Shown one piece after another: positions 50,923-61,815 of a DNA stretch of 64,000 bases. How positions within the stretch are numbered: position 1 is the first letter of the stretch; every line of letters starts with the position of its first letter. Source of the stretch: Spirochaetota bacterium. Lineage in GTDB: Bacteria; Spirochaetota; UBA12135; COTS27; CBDBHE01. A program made the position numbers and the translations under genes. Under the pieces are notes generated by a model, which saw nothing but the letters and a program-made list of their open reading frames with translations, ran no database searches and was not told where the DNA came from. The stretch covers positions 32,001 to 96,000 of the forward strand of contig CBDBHE010000008.1 in the NCBI GenBank assembly GCA_965205605.1, written 5' to 3'.

Positions 50923-51888
50923 ATGTTACAAACAGCCCAACTCACTTTTGAAAAAAATTATTCCCTTAAGCAATATGAAAAATCTATAGATTTTATAGCA
51001 AAAAATAATTTTAAACAAGCCCTCTTTATTTTTGATGAATTGCTGAGAAAAAATGTATCAAGTCCACTTCTTTTTGACTTGATGAAATATATGCATTTTT
51101 GGATTAATCGAGAAAAAGAAATTAATAATAAAAACAATGGAAGAGAAAAATCTCAATACTTACAAAAAGAATGGAATACTTTTGAAAAATTCATTAAAGA
51201 TAAAAAAATAGGAATTAATAATATTTTTTTTACTTTAAAAAAAACGATTCACAAAAAAATAAAAGAAGAATTAATTATAGAAATACAAAACTCTCATTAC
51301 ACAAATATAGACTCTCTTATTAATTTAGCAAAAATGATGAAAGAAGCAAAAGAAGAAAAAGAAGCTTTAGAAACTTTAAAATATGCTTTAAAATTAAGTG
51401 AAAATAATTCTTCTGTATTTTTGTTATTGGGTGAATGCTACCAAGCATTAAAAGAAAAAGAAAAATCATCTTATTATTATAAAGAATTTTTTTTTTGGTC
51501 TGCTGAAGAAGAAATTGATTTAAAAGAAATTAAAGATTTAGAATTGATTAAACTTATTTTTCAATTAAGAGAAATGGGATTTAATGACAAAGAAATTGTT
51601 TACTGGTTGCCTACTTATGCAAGAATTGAAAAATTTTTAAAAAATTAATAAAGCTTTAAGTAAAAAACAATTCAAAAAAGTAATCCAAAAAATAAAAGAA
51701 AGAGAACATGCTTATCAAGTTAATCCGACAAAAAAAAAAACTTAGAAGCTGTTTTAATTAATAGCTATTTATATATTATCGAACACTACTCCATTACCGA
51801 AGGGTTTATTTGCGAAAATGTTTCTATTTTAATAAAAAAAATACAAAATCTTAATCCAACTATTTCAAAAAAATTAAACTTCATTTAA
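50923..51888 (+). CDS. TPR-containing hypothetical protein upstream of the GreA-associated gene; two compensating frameshifts
   Basis: ORF stops at 51648. The +1 frame continues INKALSKKQF..QVNPTKKK to an A11 run (51730-51740). The original frame then gives NLEAVLINSYLYIIEHY...IKKIQNLNPTI..* ending 12 bp before the next ATG. Confidence 0.7.
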
Positions 51889-51900
51889 GTCATACTTCCT

Positions 51901-54085
51901 ATGGAAATTATTAATACATTCAAAGAAAAATTAAAAGAAGACTTTATTACCAAGAAAGCAAACGAACAGTATTCTCTTAAAGATTTTCGAGAAGGCTTTG
52001 ATTGGATAACAGAAGTGATTGAAAAAAAACTAGAAAAAGAAACTGAAGAAATTTTAAAAGATTACTTGAAAAAAAATGAATACTCTATTTTTTATAACTA
52101 TCTCCTAGCCAGTCTTTTTTATCGTTTAAAAATATCAAATGAAGACCTTAATAATAAACTTTTAAAAATAGCCTCTCAAACTCAAAAAGGAACCGTCCTT
52201 ATCCATTTGGCAAAAGAGATCTTAAATCACTCGGTATCTTTAAATGCTTTAAATATCTTAGCTTTAGAATATGAAAAAGAACACGATGAAGATAACCTTC
52301 TTGAAACTTGGGTTCAAATTTTAAAAATTGATAACATAAATACAACCCTTCCTAAAAGAATAGCTGCTTTAAAAGAAAAAAAAAAATGAAACTAGTGAAG
52401 CCACTTATTATTATAAAATAGCTTTTATTAAAGCTTATGAATCAAAAGAAATTGAAGAAGCTTTAAAAATTTGGAAGCAATTATCAAAAATTAACCCTAA
52501 AGATCCTGCTTTTTATCTTACTCAAGGTAAAAAAATAGCAAATAAACTAAACTCTGAAGAAAAAAGAAACTTATACAAATACATTATTAATTATTATGAA
52601 AAAAATTTAGAAGGAAATGAAAAAGAATTTCTTTCTATTTTAAAATCAATTGTAAACAATAAAATTTTTCAAGAAAATCTTAATCATCTTTTAGCTAAGA
52701 CTTACTCTAGACTCTATAAAAGCCACTCTCATTTAGAAGATGTTTTGGCAATGAGTGGTCTTACAAAAAAGAAGAACATCACAAAAGGAATCGAAATTTT
52801 TGAAAGTCATATTAAATATCACGTTGGAGCTTTTGTACTTCACAAAAGCTTTGGTCTTGGAATGATTGAATCAATTCAAAAACCTATGGGGAGTAAAATT
52901 TTTGACATGATCCAACAAACAAAATTAACTATCAAATTTGAAAAAAATAAAAATCACCCTATGAGTTTAAGGATCGCTATTAATTCTCTACAAGTTTTAC
53001 CCGAAGAACATCTTCATGCTTTACACCATTTTAAAAAAGAAAAAATTAACGATATTTTAGAAAATCAAGAAAATTTCGCTTCTAGTATTTTGAAAACACT
53101 TGGAAAACCAGCCAGTGTTAAAGAGATAAAATCTCTTTTAATCCCTAAATTTATTGAAAATGCTAAATGGTCAGATGTATGGAAAAAACTAAAAGAAACT
53201 TTTCATCATTCTTCAAAATTTGAACTTAAAAATAAACATTATGACTTCTTTCAAGAATCTTTAAACATCGAATCAATAACGATAAAACTTTTTGAAAATA
53301 GCTCTTCACTAGAGAAAAAATATCATCAAATCGAATTTTATCTTATGCATTCTTCTAAATATAATGAAAATATATTAAATCAATTTACTGATTACTTAAA
53401 AGAATATATCCAAAATAAAAAAGAAGATTCATTAAAAGCTCTTTTTTTACTTGAACACCTTATAAAAAGTTATCATTTAAAAATAACATTTGATTTTGAT
53501 CATTTTTTTAAAGCTCTCTTTGATATCCATTTAACTGAAAAAACATTTTCAAATTTAGAAACTAGTACTTTAAAAAACCTTTTTTTAAACTCTGTTTATA
53601 ATTTAAAAAAAGTAAATTATGAAGAAACTATTTCTTTTTTACTAGAAAAAACTAATGTTGATAAAAAACAACTCATTATCGATCATGTCATTCATAAGGG
53701 ACAATATGAAATTTTAAAAACAATATTTGAAAATGCAACTAATCACTATACAAAATATCCTGAAACCTTTATTTTGCTTTCAAAGATCTTTATTGTTGAC
53801 TATCCCCAACATTTTGATTTAAATAAAAGTAATGTTTTCTTAAAATTACTTAAAATAAGCTATGATCTCAACAAAGATTACACTCTCTCTAATAAAATTC
53901 TACATGGAAAAAAATTATTTTTACTCATCAAAAACTTTCTTTTTGAAGATGAAATTTTATTTGACCACCTTAAAAATGAAAAAAATAGTGAAATTAAAAA
54001 TAACATTTTTAAAGAATTAGAAAGTCTTTATTTTTTAGACAATTATTTAAAAGTTAAAATAAGAGAAGTTAGAGAAAAAGCCTAA
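51901..54085 (+). CDS. GreA-associated-domain (spirochaete/chlamydia long-GreA N-terminal) protein, split by +1 frameshift at A11 (52376-52386), no Gre domain
   Basis: The +1 frame is open from 52385 (NETSEATYYYKIAF...) into the 52745 ORF. Motifs FESHIKYHVGAFVLHKSFGLG, HPMSLRIAINSL, IKSLLIPKFI...WSDVWKK. Confidence 0.75.
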
Positions 54086-54089
54086 AAAG

Positions 54090-55238
54090 TTAATTTTTTT
54101 TAAACTCACTAGTTAACTCGATTAATAATTCACAACCTTTTTTTAAAACTTCATCTTTGACGGCAAAAGAAAGACGAAAATGAGTATCTTTTTCAGAAAA
54201 AACTTTTCCTGGAACAATCAGCAGATTTTTCTTAATCGCTACTTTAGAAAACTCATCTCCATTCCTCCAAGGACACTCAATAAAAAAATAAAAAGCTCCC
54301 TCTGCTTTAGAAAAATGAAAATCATTTTTTAAAGTTTCATAAACATAATTTCTTTTTTTCAAATACTTGGCAACTTGCTCATTTAAAATAGCAGTTACTT
54401 GTTTTCCATAAGCTAAAAGTACCATTTTTTGAGCTACCGAAGGAGAACAAACAAATGTATATTGTTGCAAATTACTCATTTGTTGAATGATTTCTCTAGG
54501 ACCAATAGCATAACCAATTCGCCACCCTGTCATACTATGAGATTTTGAAAATCCATTGAGTAAAATCACTCGTTCGTACAAACCAAAAGGAGAGGGTAAA
54601 ATACTTAAAGAAGCCGTCTCTTGATAATAAAATTTTTCATAAATTTCATCTGTAATAATATAAAAACCATGTTTTGAAACTAAAGAAATAATCTCTTTTA
54701 TTTCTTTAGAAGAGCAAACTTTGCCTGTAGGATTACTTGGTGAATTAAGAATAATTGCTTTTGTTTTAGAAGTGACAAGAGATTTCAATTGATCAATTTT
54801 AATTGAAAAATCTGGATACGTATTAAGATACACCACTTTAGCTCCTAACCAAAGAGCCAATTGCTTGTACATCACAAAATAAGGATCTGTTATAATGACT
54901 TCATCTCCTTGATTAAGTAAAACACTAAGGGTTAAAAAAATCCCACCTGAAACACCTGAAGTAATAATAAGATCTTGATTTAAAAGATCGGTTTTTCTTT
55001 CTTTTTTTATTTGGTCTTTAATTAACTCAATAAGAGCTTTGCTTCCTTGGGTTTGTGTATAACTATTGTCATCATTAAAAATAGCTTGCTTAGCAGCTAC
55101 TTTCATAGGGGCAGGCAAATTAAAATGAGGTTGCCCAATGCTAAGATTAATGGGATTTTTGAGGTTTTTTGCCATATCAAAAATTTTTCGAATCCCAGAA
55201 GATTCAAAATCTTGCATTCTTTTTGAAATAAAAGACAT
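54090..55238 (-). CDS. PLP-dependent aminotransferase class I/II
   Basis: LSIGQP, NSPSNPTG, TDEIY, GFSKSHSMTGWRIG, FRLSFA. Confidence 0.93.
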   Translation of the reverse strand: MSFISKRMQDFESSGIRKIFDMAKNLKNPINLSIGQPHFNLPAPMKVAAKQAIFNDDNSYTQTQGSKALIELIKDQIKKERKTDLLNQDLIITSGVSGGIFLTLSVLLNQGDEVIITDPYFVMYKQLALWLGAKVVYLNTYPDFSIKIDQLKSLVTSKTKAIILNSPSNPTGKVCSSKEIKEIISLVSKHGFYIITDEIYEKFYYQETASLSILPSPFGLYERVILLNGFSKSHSMTGWRIGYAIGPREIIQQMSNLQQYTFVCSPSVAQKMVLLAYGKQVTAILNEQVAKYLKKRNYVYETLKNDFHFSKAEGAFYFFIECPWRNGDEFSKVAIKKNLLIVPGKVFSEKDTHFRLSFAVKDEVLKKGCELLIELTSEFKKN

Positions 55239-57829
55239 TATTTTACAACAAAATTAACAAGTTTATTAGGAATATAGATTTCTTTAACAATTTTTTTTTC
55301 TTCAAACCATTTAGTTAAAATTTTTTCTTCTTTTGCTTTTTGAATCACAAACTCTTGAGTACTATTTAACGGAATAATGACTCGAGCTCTTAATTTTCCA
55401 TTCACTTGAATAATGATGGTTTGCTCGCTTTCTTGAAGATAGCTTAAATTATATTTAGGCCAAGTAGCATTATAAACTCTCCCTTCAAATTGCATCATCA
55501 AAAATATTTCTTCTGCTATAAAAGGAGCAAAAGGAGACAAGACAATCAAAAAATCTCGTAACATTTCTTTAAAAAAATTTTTATCTTCTTTAGTTTTAGG
55601 AATAAAATTACAAGTCTCATTTAAAAAACTCATCATACTTGCAATAGCGGTATTAAATTGATAACGTTTATTAATATCTTCAGTAACTTTTTTAAGCATT
55701 TTATGAAAATTTCGTCTTATATTTAAAGTTTCCTCACTGAAGGCACCTTGTGAAAAATCACTTTCTTTTTTCTTTACTATCAAAAAAACCAACCCCTCAT
55801 ACCATCGCCAAAGTTTATTTAAAAAACGATAACAACCTTCAAGACCCTGAATATTCCATTCCAAATTTCTTTCCACAGGAGAGGCAAAAAGAATAAACAA
55901 CCTCACCGAATCAGCTCCGTAAAGTTTAATAATTTCTTCTGGAAAAACACCATTTTTTTTTGATTTAGACATTTTTTCCAAACGCCCTATCATGACTTTT
56001 TTCTGATTTTTTTTTAAAAAAGCTCCTGTAATTTCTCCTTTGTTATTTTTTTTTAAGCTAACTTCATCAGCATAATAATAAATTTTATTTCCTTTATCAT
56101 TAACGCGATAATAAGAATAATTACAAACCATTCCTTGCGTCAGCAATTTTTTAAAAGGTTCATTACAAACGGCAAGATTCATATCTCTCATTACTTTATA
56201 AAAAAACCTAGCATATAAAAGATGCAAACAAGCATGCTCTATACCTCCTATATATAGATCTACTTGTTTCCAATAATTAGAAGCTTCCTTTGAAAAAGGA
56301 CATTGTGAATTGTGTGGATCCATAAAACGCATAAAGTACCACGAAGAACAAGTAAAAGTATCCATTGTTTCTGTTTCTCTTATAACTTTTTTTCCATCTT
56401 TAAATTTCATTTTTTTAAAGCTTTCTAAAGATTTTAAAGATTGTATAGACCCTGCATCAAAACCAATGTCTTTTGGAAGAATAACAGGTAAATTTTTTTC
56501 ATCAAGTGAAATAGGTTGATTGTTTTCATCATAAACAATCGGGATAGGATTTCCCCAGTAACGCTGCCTTGATATTAACCAATCCTTTAATTTATATTGC
56601 GTTTTTCTTTTTCCTATTTTTTGTTTTTCAAGATAAGAAGTAATTTTCAAAATAGCTTCTTGGCTAGAGAGTCCTGTAAATAAACCTGAGTTAACTAAAA
56701 CACCTTTTTTTTCATAAGCTTCTTTCAAAGAGCTTTCTTGAATTGTTTTTTCCTTATTTTGTATCACCATTTTGATTGCAAGATCATAAGCTTTAGCAAA
56801 TTCAAAATCTCTTTGGTCATGAGCTGGAACACACATAATCGCCCCTGTGCCATAAGAAGCTAAAACAAAATTAGCAATATACAAAGGTAATTTTTGCTTT
56901 GTTAATGGATGCGTGATAAAAACTCCTGTGAAAATGCCTTCTTTTTTATAAAATATGTTTTGGTTAATTTGAGAACACTTTTTAATAAAAGACTTAATTT
57001 CATTATATCGATCACTTTTTTTAATATAGGTTTCCAAATTTTTGTGATCAAAAGCAATTGCCACATAAGTTACTCCATAAAGTGTATCTGGACGTGTTGT
57101 AAAAATAGGAAAATCAATATCCCCATGTTTAAAAGTAATCAAAACCCCTTCACTTTTTCCAATCCAGTTTCGTTGCATTGTCAAAACTGTTTCTGGCCAA
57201 TCTCCTTCTAATTGACTTAATCCTTCAAGAAGCTCTTCTTGATATTTTGTTATACGAAAAAACCATTGGGAAATTACTTTTTTCTCTATCAAAACACCCG
57301 AACGCCATCCTTTACCATCAATCACTTGTTCATTAGCCAATACTGTTTTATCAACCGGATCCCAATTCACAGAAGCCTTTTTTCGATAAACCAAACCCCT
57401 CCCATACATTTTTGTAAAAAACCATTGTCCCCAACGATAATAGTCAGAATCTGCTGTACTAATTTCATCTTCCCAGTGATAAGAAAAACCCATTTTTTCA
57501 AATTGCTTTTTCATATCCGTGATATTTTTTTGAATCCACTTATAAGGAGAAATTTGATGCTCAATGGCTGCATTTTCAGCAGGAAGACCAAAGGCATCCC
57601 ATCCCATAGGGTGAAGGACATTAAATCCATTTAGTCGTTTAAATCGAGCTACGACATCCCCAATAGAGTAGTTTCTCACATGTCCCATGTGAATATTTCC
57701 ACTAGGGTAAGGAAACATTTCAAGACAATAAAAAGGAGTTTTATTACTATCTTTGTCTTTTTTAAAGACCTTCTCTTCTTTAAAAATTTTACACCATCTT
57801 TCTTCTATTGTTTTAAAATCATAAGACAT
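55238..57829 (-). CDS. leuS: Leucine--tRNA ligase
   Basis: MFPYPSG.IHMGH, GWDAFGLPAENAA, FTTRPDT, ISRQRYWG, KMSKSK. Confidence 0.98.
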   Translation of the reverse strand: MSYDFKTIEERWCKIFKEEKVFKKDKDSNKTPFYCLEMFPYPSGNIHMGHVRNYSIGDVVARFKRLNGFNVLHPMGWDAFGLPAENAAIEHQISPYKWIQKNITDMKKQFEKMGFSYHWEDEISTADSDYYRWGQWFFTKMYGRGLVYRKKASVNWDPVDKTVLANEQVIDGKGWRSGVLIEKKVISQWFFRITKYQEELLEGLSQLEGDWPETVLTMQRNWIGKSEGVLITFKHGDIDFPIFTTRPDTLYGVTYVAIAFDHKNLETYIKKSDRYNEIKSFIKKCSQINQNIFYKKEGIFTGVFITHPLTKQKLPLYIANFVLASYGTGAIMCVPAHDQRDFEFAKAYDLAIKMVIQNKEKTIQESSLKEAYEKKGVLVNSGLFTGLSSQEAILKITSYLEKQKIGKRKTQYKLKDWLISRQRYWGNPIPIVYDENNQPISLDEKNLPVILPKDIGFDAGSIQSLKSLESFKKMKFKDGKKVIRETETMDTFTCSSWYFMRFMDPHNSQCPFSKEASNYWKQVDLYIGGIEHACLHLLYARFFYKVMRDMNLAVCNEPFKKLLTQGMVCNYSYYRVNDKGNKIYYYADEVSLKKNNKGEITGAFLKKNQKKVMIGRLEKMSKSKKNGVFPEEIIKLYGADSVRLFILFASPVERNLEWNIQGLEGCYRFLNKLWRWYEGLVFLIVKKKESDFSQGAFSEETLNIRRNFHKMLKKVTEDINKRYQFNTAIASMMSFLNETCNFIPKTKEDKNFFKEMLRDFLIVLSPFAPFIAEEIFLMMQFEGRVYNATWPKYNLSYLQESEQTIIIQVNGKLRARVIIPLNSTQEFVIQKAKEEKILTKWFEEKKIVKEIYIPNKLVNFVVK

Positions 57830-57927
57830 TTTAAGATCCTACCTATTTATCAAAAAATTAAAAATAAGATGAAAATTAATAGCATGAATTAACTATTAAT
57901 TCTAATTAATTTTATACTCAAAAAAAA

Positions 57928-58186
57928 CTAAGAAATATTTACTATTTTATTTTTTAAAAATTTTTGATTTTTAATGACTTCAAAAAAATAACAATCTAAA
58001 TATTCGACTTCTTTGTACTCTCTTCCATCATCGCCTGTTCTCCCCTCTTACTTTTTTTAAAAAAGGATGGTAATACACTTTACTTAAAATTATTTTCATT
58101 TCTTCAGTAGACTCTTTAAAATCTAGGTTATAAAAAATTAAATTAAATTTTTTCGCCTTTAAAAAAAAAGTATTTGATTGCTTTCT
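57928..58186 (-). pseudogene. Possible decayed receiver (REC) domain downstream of histidine kinase
   Basis: Fragments KAIKYF / KKFNLIFYNLDF and RTGDDGREYKEVEYLDCYFFEVIK resemble REC beta3 and beta4-beta5 motifs. The FNLIF block is in frame with the kinase after its TAA. Confidence 0.4.
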
Positions 58187-58912
58187 TTAAAAAAAATCTT
58201 TATTTAACTCTTTATTCTCTATAGGAAAATAAAGAGTTAGTTCAGCTCCTTTACAATGTTTGTTAAAATCATATTTATTTTTAGCTATAATATCTCCTCC
58301 ATATTCTTTAATAATACTTTTACAAATAGAAAGACCCAGCCCTCTTCCTAAAGATATTTTTGTACTATAAAACTCACGAAATAATTGATCATTTTTTGCT
58401 TCTAAAAAACCTTTCCCATTATCACTAATCATAACAACCATTTGATGATTAATTTCTTTGACTAAAAGACAAACATTGACTTTTTCATCATGATCTCTTT
58501 TAGCTTCTATAGAATTTTTAAAAAGATTATAAAAGATTCTTTCAATTTTAGCTAAATTTCCAGAAATGAATTTATTGTTCGCCTTCCAAATTAATTTAAA
58601 AGAAATGTTTTTACAAAAAAAATCTTCTTTCATAATAGAAGAAAAGACTTCAAATAAATTGGTTTTTTGATCAATCTTTTTTTCAGAAACTTCATCTTGA
58701 TAAAGTATTTTTGAAGCATCTTTTGACAAATAAATAATTTTATTAAGGGCAATATCTAACTTTCTTAAATCTTGATTTCTTTTTTCTTTAAAAATATTTT
58801 TAAGGTTTTCTATGTAATAAAGCATTGTTGTACAATAATTATTAATATCATGATTTACTTTGACAAAAGCATCAATAACATTTTTAGAATTTTTAATTTG
58901 CTTTGTGGTCAA
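58187..58912 (-). CDS. Minimal histidine kinase (HisKA + HATPase, no sensor domain)
   Basis: H-box NHDINN, N-box NLFKNSIEA, DNGKG, FYSTK, GRGLGLSIC. Confidence 0.85.
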   Translation of the reverse strand: MTTKQIKNSKNVIDAFVKVNHDINNYCTTMLYYIENLKNIFKEKRNQDLRKLDIALNKIIYLSKDASKILYQDEVSEKKIDQKTNLFEVFSSIMKEDFFCKNISFKLIWKANNKFISGNLAKIERIFYNLFKNSIEAKRDHDEKVNVCLLVKEINHQMVVMISDNGKGFLEAKNDQLFREFYSTKISLGRGLGLSICKSIIKEYGGDIIAKNKYDFNKHCKGAELTLYFPIENKELNKDFF

Positions 58913-59053
58913 TAGTTTGATTTTATTAAATTTTAAAATTATTTAATTTTGTTATCTCTTTTCATTATAAAAAATGGATATAAGACTTAAGAAAATAATT
59001 ATAGAAGAATTTTTTAAAAATTAAAATTTTTTTTAAAAAATTCTTATAGTTTC

Positions 59054-59425
59054 TTAGATTTTAGCTCTTTGTAAAATAACGTCAACAATCTTTTCATGAA
59101 GACCTAAAGGAGGTGTGATTTCATAAACAATATTGGGATACTTCAAAGCAGCTTGTTTAACTAACCTTGGGATATCTTCTTGAACATGCCTACCGAAACT
59201 TAACATATAAGGGTGTACTTTAATAAAATCTACTTTTGCTTTAGCACAAAGAGTAAAACTTTCTTGTATATTTGGGTAAGCTAATTCCATATGAGCACAA
59301 ACAACAAAAATATCTTTACATTTTTTTTGCACCATTTTACCTAAAGAATCAAGCATTTTATTAGCTTTTTTTTTTTTAGAACCGTGGTCAACGATTAATA
59401 AAGCTGTTTTTTTAAATTGATTCAT
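59054..59425 (-). CDS. Short CbiX/SirB sirohydrochlorin chelatase
   Basis: LIVDHGS, AHMELA.P, HPYML..GRHVQEDIP, PLGLH. Start placed at ATG 59425. Confidence 0.9.
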   Translation of the reverse strand: MNQFKKTALLIVDHGSKKKKANKMLDSLGKMVQKKCKDIFVVCAHMELAYPNIQESFTLCAKAKVDFIKVHPYMLSFGRHVQEDIPRLVKQAALKYPNIVYEITPPLGLHEKIVDVILQRAKI

Positions 59426-59790
59426 CAAAATAAATTTTATTAAAATTTTGATATTGATTTCATCATGATTGAAAAATATTTTTAATGATAAAATAAAAAA
59501 AAAAAAATCAAAATAAAGCTGGTTTTTTTTCAAAAAGATTTAATTAGTTTCATTAAAACATTTTTTTATGATATTTTTTATTATTTTTTTTCAAATCTTA
59601 AAAAAAGAAAAATTCCTTCTACCTTTATTTGCTTCACCTAATGATAAGAATGGCAAAAAAATACCTTAGATATCATCTTTAGAATCCAAATCTTTATCTT
59701 ACAGACAATTATTTTTCTAAAAAATGAAAAATATTTTTTAAACTTATTTACCAAAGAGTAAACTTTTTTTTATATTATTTATAAAAAAAA

Positions 59791-61815
59791 TTAGTTTATT
59801 TTATCTATTAAATACTTTTGGACATCTTTTCTAGACTTTTTTAAAAGTTCGAAATCTCTTTCTAAAACACCTATTTTAAATTGTGGAATACCAGATTGTT
59901 TTTGTCCTAAAAATTCTCCAGGTCCTCTAGTTTGTAAATCTATTTCTGCCAACTTAAAGCCATCTTGTATGTTACAAAAAGCATCCAATCTGAAATAAGC
60001 TTTTTCTAATACATCATCTTGATGTATTAAATAACAAAAATTATCACTACGATTTCTTCCAATACGTCCCCGTAATTGATGCAATTGAGAAAGCCCAAAG
60101 CGTTGTGAAGATTCAATAATAAGTACCGTTGCATTTGGATAATGAATTCCTACTTCAATAACCGTAGTGGTGAAAAGTACTTTAACAATTCCTTTTTCAA
60201 ATTCTTTTAAAGATCGCTCTCTATCTTCTAAATCACTTTTTCCATGAATCATCGCAATCGGAATTGATTTAAAAATATTTTTTTTAAAAAAATCAAATTC
60301 TTTTATAAGTGATTTATTTGTTTTTCCAACACCTCCCTCAATTGTTGGAAAAACAACATAGCCTTGCTCTCCTTTTTTAATTCGATCCATTAAAAACCGA
60401 TAGGCATGCATACGATCCTTTTCCAGCAGTAACTTTGTCTGCTTTTTTTTATAATTTAAAGGAAGCTCTTTAATAGTGCTAAAATCTAAATCTCCAAAAA
60501 ATGTCATACAAAGAGATCTTGGTATCGGAGTTGCTGACATTGTTAAACTATCTACAAAGGTTCCTTTTTTTTTGAGTTTTTCCCTTTGTTCAACACCAAA
60601 TTTATGCTGTTCATCAATCACAACATATTTTAAATCTAAAAAAAAAACAGAATCTTGAATCAAAGAATGCGTTCCTATAACCATAAGGGCTTTTTTGTTT
60701 TTTATTTGATGTAAGACTTCTTTTTTTTCCTCTTCACTAATAGAATTTGTCAATAAACAAAAAACAATTTCCATAGACGTTAAATATTTTTTAAAAGTTT
60801 TATAATGCTGCCTAGCAAGCATATCCGTTGGTACCATTAAAACACACTGGTGATCGCTTTCGTAGCATAACAACATGGTTATCAAAGCAACCAACGTTTT
60901 ACCACTACCAACATCTCCTTGTAAAAGCCTATTCATCACTTTTTCTGTTTTCATATGTTCAGTAATTTCAGAGATGACTTTTTTTTGATCCGATGTTAAA
61001 TCAAAAGAAAGATTTTTTTGAAAAAATAAAATCAATTGAGAGTGTTTTAAATAACGATTTTTTTCTTTTCCTTTTTCACTATTAAGTTTTTTTTTATAAA
61101 GCTGATACTGAAAACCAAAGAATTCTTCATAAATTAATCGACTTCTAGATTCTTTTAAAGCTTGGTGAGAAGAAGGAAAATGCGTTGTTTTCAAATCTTT
61201 TTTTTTGCTATCAAAATAACGATACTGTTTAATAATTTCTTTTGGAAGCTCGTAATGAAAACAAGTATCTGAAAAATTGTCAAACACACTTTTTATCAAA
61301 GATCGAATATTTTTTTGACTCAACCCCTGCGTTGAAGAATAAATAGGAACAATACGCCCTAAGTGAATACTATTAAAACCCTCTTCATCAAAAACTTCAT
61401 AATCTAAAAGCGTTAACTCATACTTATAGTTTTTCCATTTAACTTTTCCTGATAAAATATAATGTTCATTTTCTTTAAAGTAACGAAAAAAAGGATTAAA
61501 AGCTGTAAAAGCTAGCTTCTCTTTATTATCAGTAAAAACAAATTTCTTAATTTTTCTATTTTTAAAACGGAACTCATTTTTCTTAATACAAACACAAATA
61601 ATCGTTGCTACAAAATTTTCATCTTCTTTGCATTTTTGAGCAGAATCATGAATCGATAAAATAGAAGAACGATCTTCATAACGAATAGGAAAATAAAAAA
61701 GTAAATCCTTAACAGTAAAAATATTTTTTTTGATATAAAGATTAGCTTTATAAGAAGTAATTCCTTTTAAAAAACTAATCTTTTGTAAAAGATTAGTTTT
61801 TGTATTTTCAAACAA
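59791..61815 (-). CDS. recG: ATP-dependent DNA helicase RecG
   Basis: FPIRYED, LLQGDVGSGKT, IDEQHKFG, MSATPIPRS, RFGLSQLHQLRGRIGR, RGPGE..G..QSG. Confidence 0.97.
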   Translation of the reverse strand: MFENTKTNLLQKISFLKGITSYKANLYIKKNIFTVKDLLFYFPIRYEDRSSILSIHDSAQKCKEDENFVATIICVCIKKNEFRFKNRKIKKFVFTDNKEKLAFTAFNPFFRYFKENEHYILSGKVKWKNYKYELTLLDYEVFDEEGFNSIHLGRIVPIYSSTQGLSQKNIRSLIKSVFDNFSDTCFHYELPKEIIKQYRYFDSKKKDLKTTHFPSSHQALKESRSRLIYEEFFGFQYQLYKKKLNSEKGKEKNRYLKHSQLILFFQKNLSFDLTSDQKKVISEITEHMKTEKVMNRLLQGDVGSGKTLVALITMLLCYESDHQCVLMVPTDMLARQHYKTFKKYLTSMEIVFCLLTNSISEEEKKEVLHQIKNKKALMVIGTHSLIQDSVFFLDLKYVVIDEQHKFGVEQREKLKKKGTFVDSLTMSATPIPRSLCMTFFGDLDFSTIKELPLNYKKKQTKLLLEKDRMHAYRFLMDRIKKGEQGYVVFPTIEGGVGKTNKSLIKEFDFFKKNIFKSIPIAMIHGKSDLEDRERSLKEFEKGIVKVLFTTTVIEVGIHYPNATVLIIESSQRFGLSQLHQLRGRIGRNRSDNFCYLIHQDDVLEKAYFRLDAFCNIQDGFKLAEIDLQTRGPGEFLGQKQSGIPQFKIGVLERDFELLKKSRKDVQKYLIDKIN

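Noticed and set aside
56310-57892. Short + strand ORFs opposite leuS (and similar antisense ORFs in carB, the reductase, the antiporter and ispG)
   Set aside because: Antisense or alternate-frame shadows of well-supported genes, with no independent evidence.
59426-59790. N-terminal extension of CbiX and possible gene remnant between cbiX and recG
   Set aside because: The extension is poly-T/A low complexity. Translations of the gap gave no motif I could recognise.
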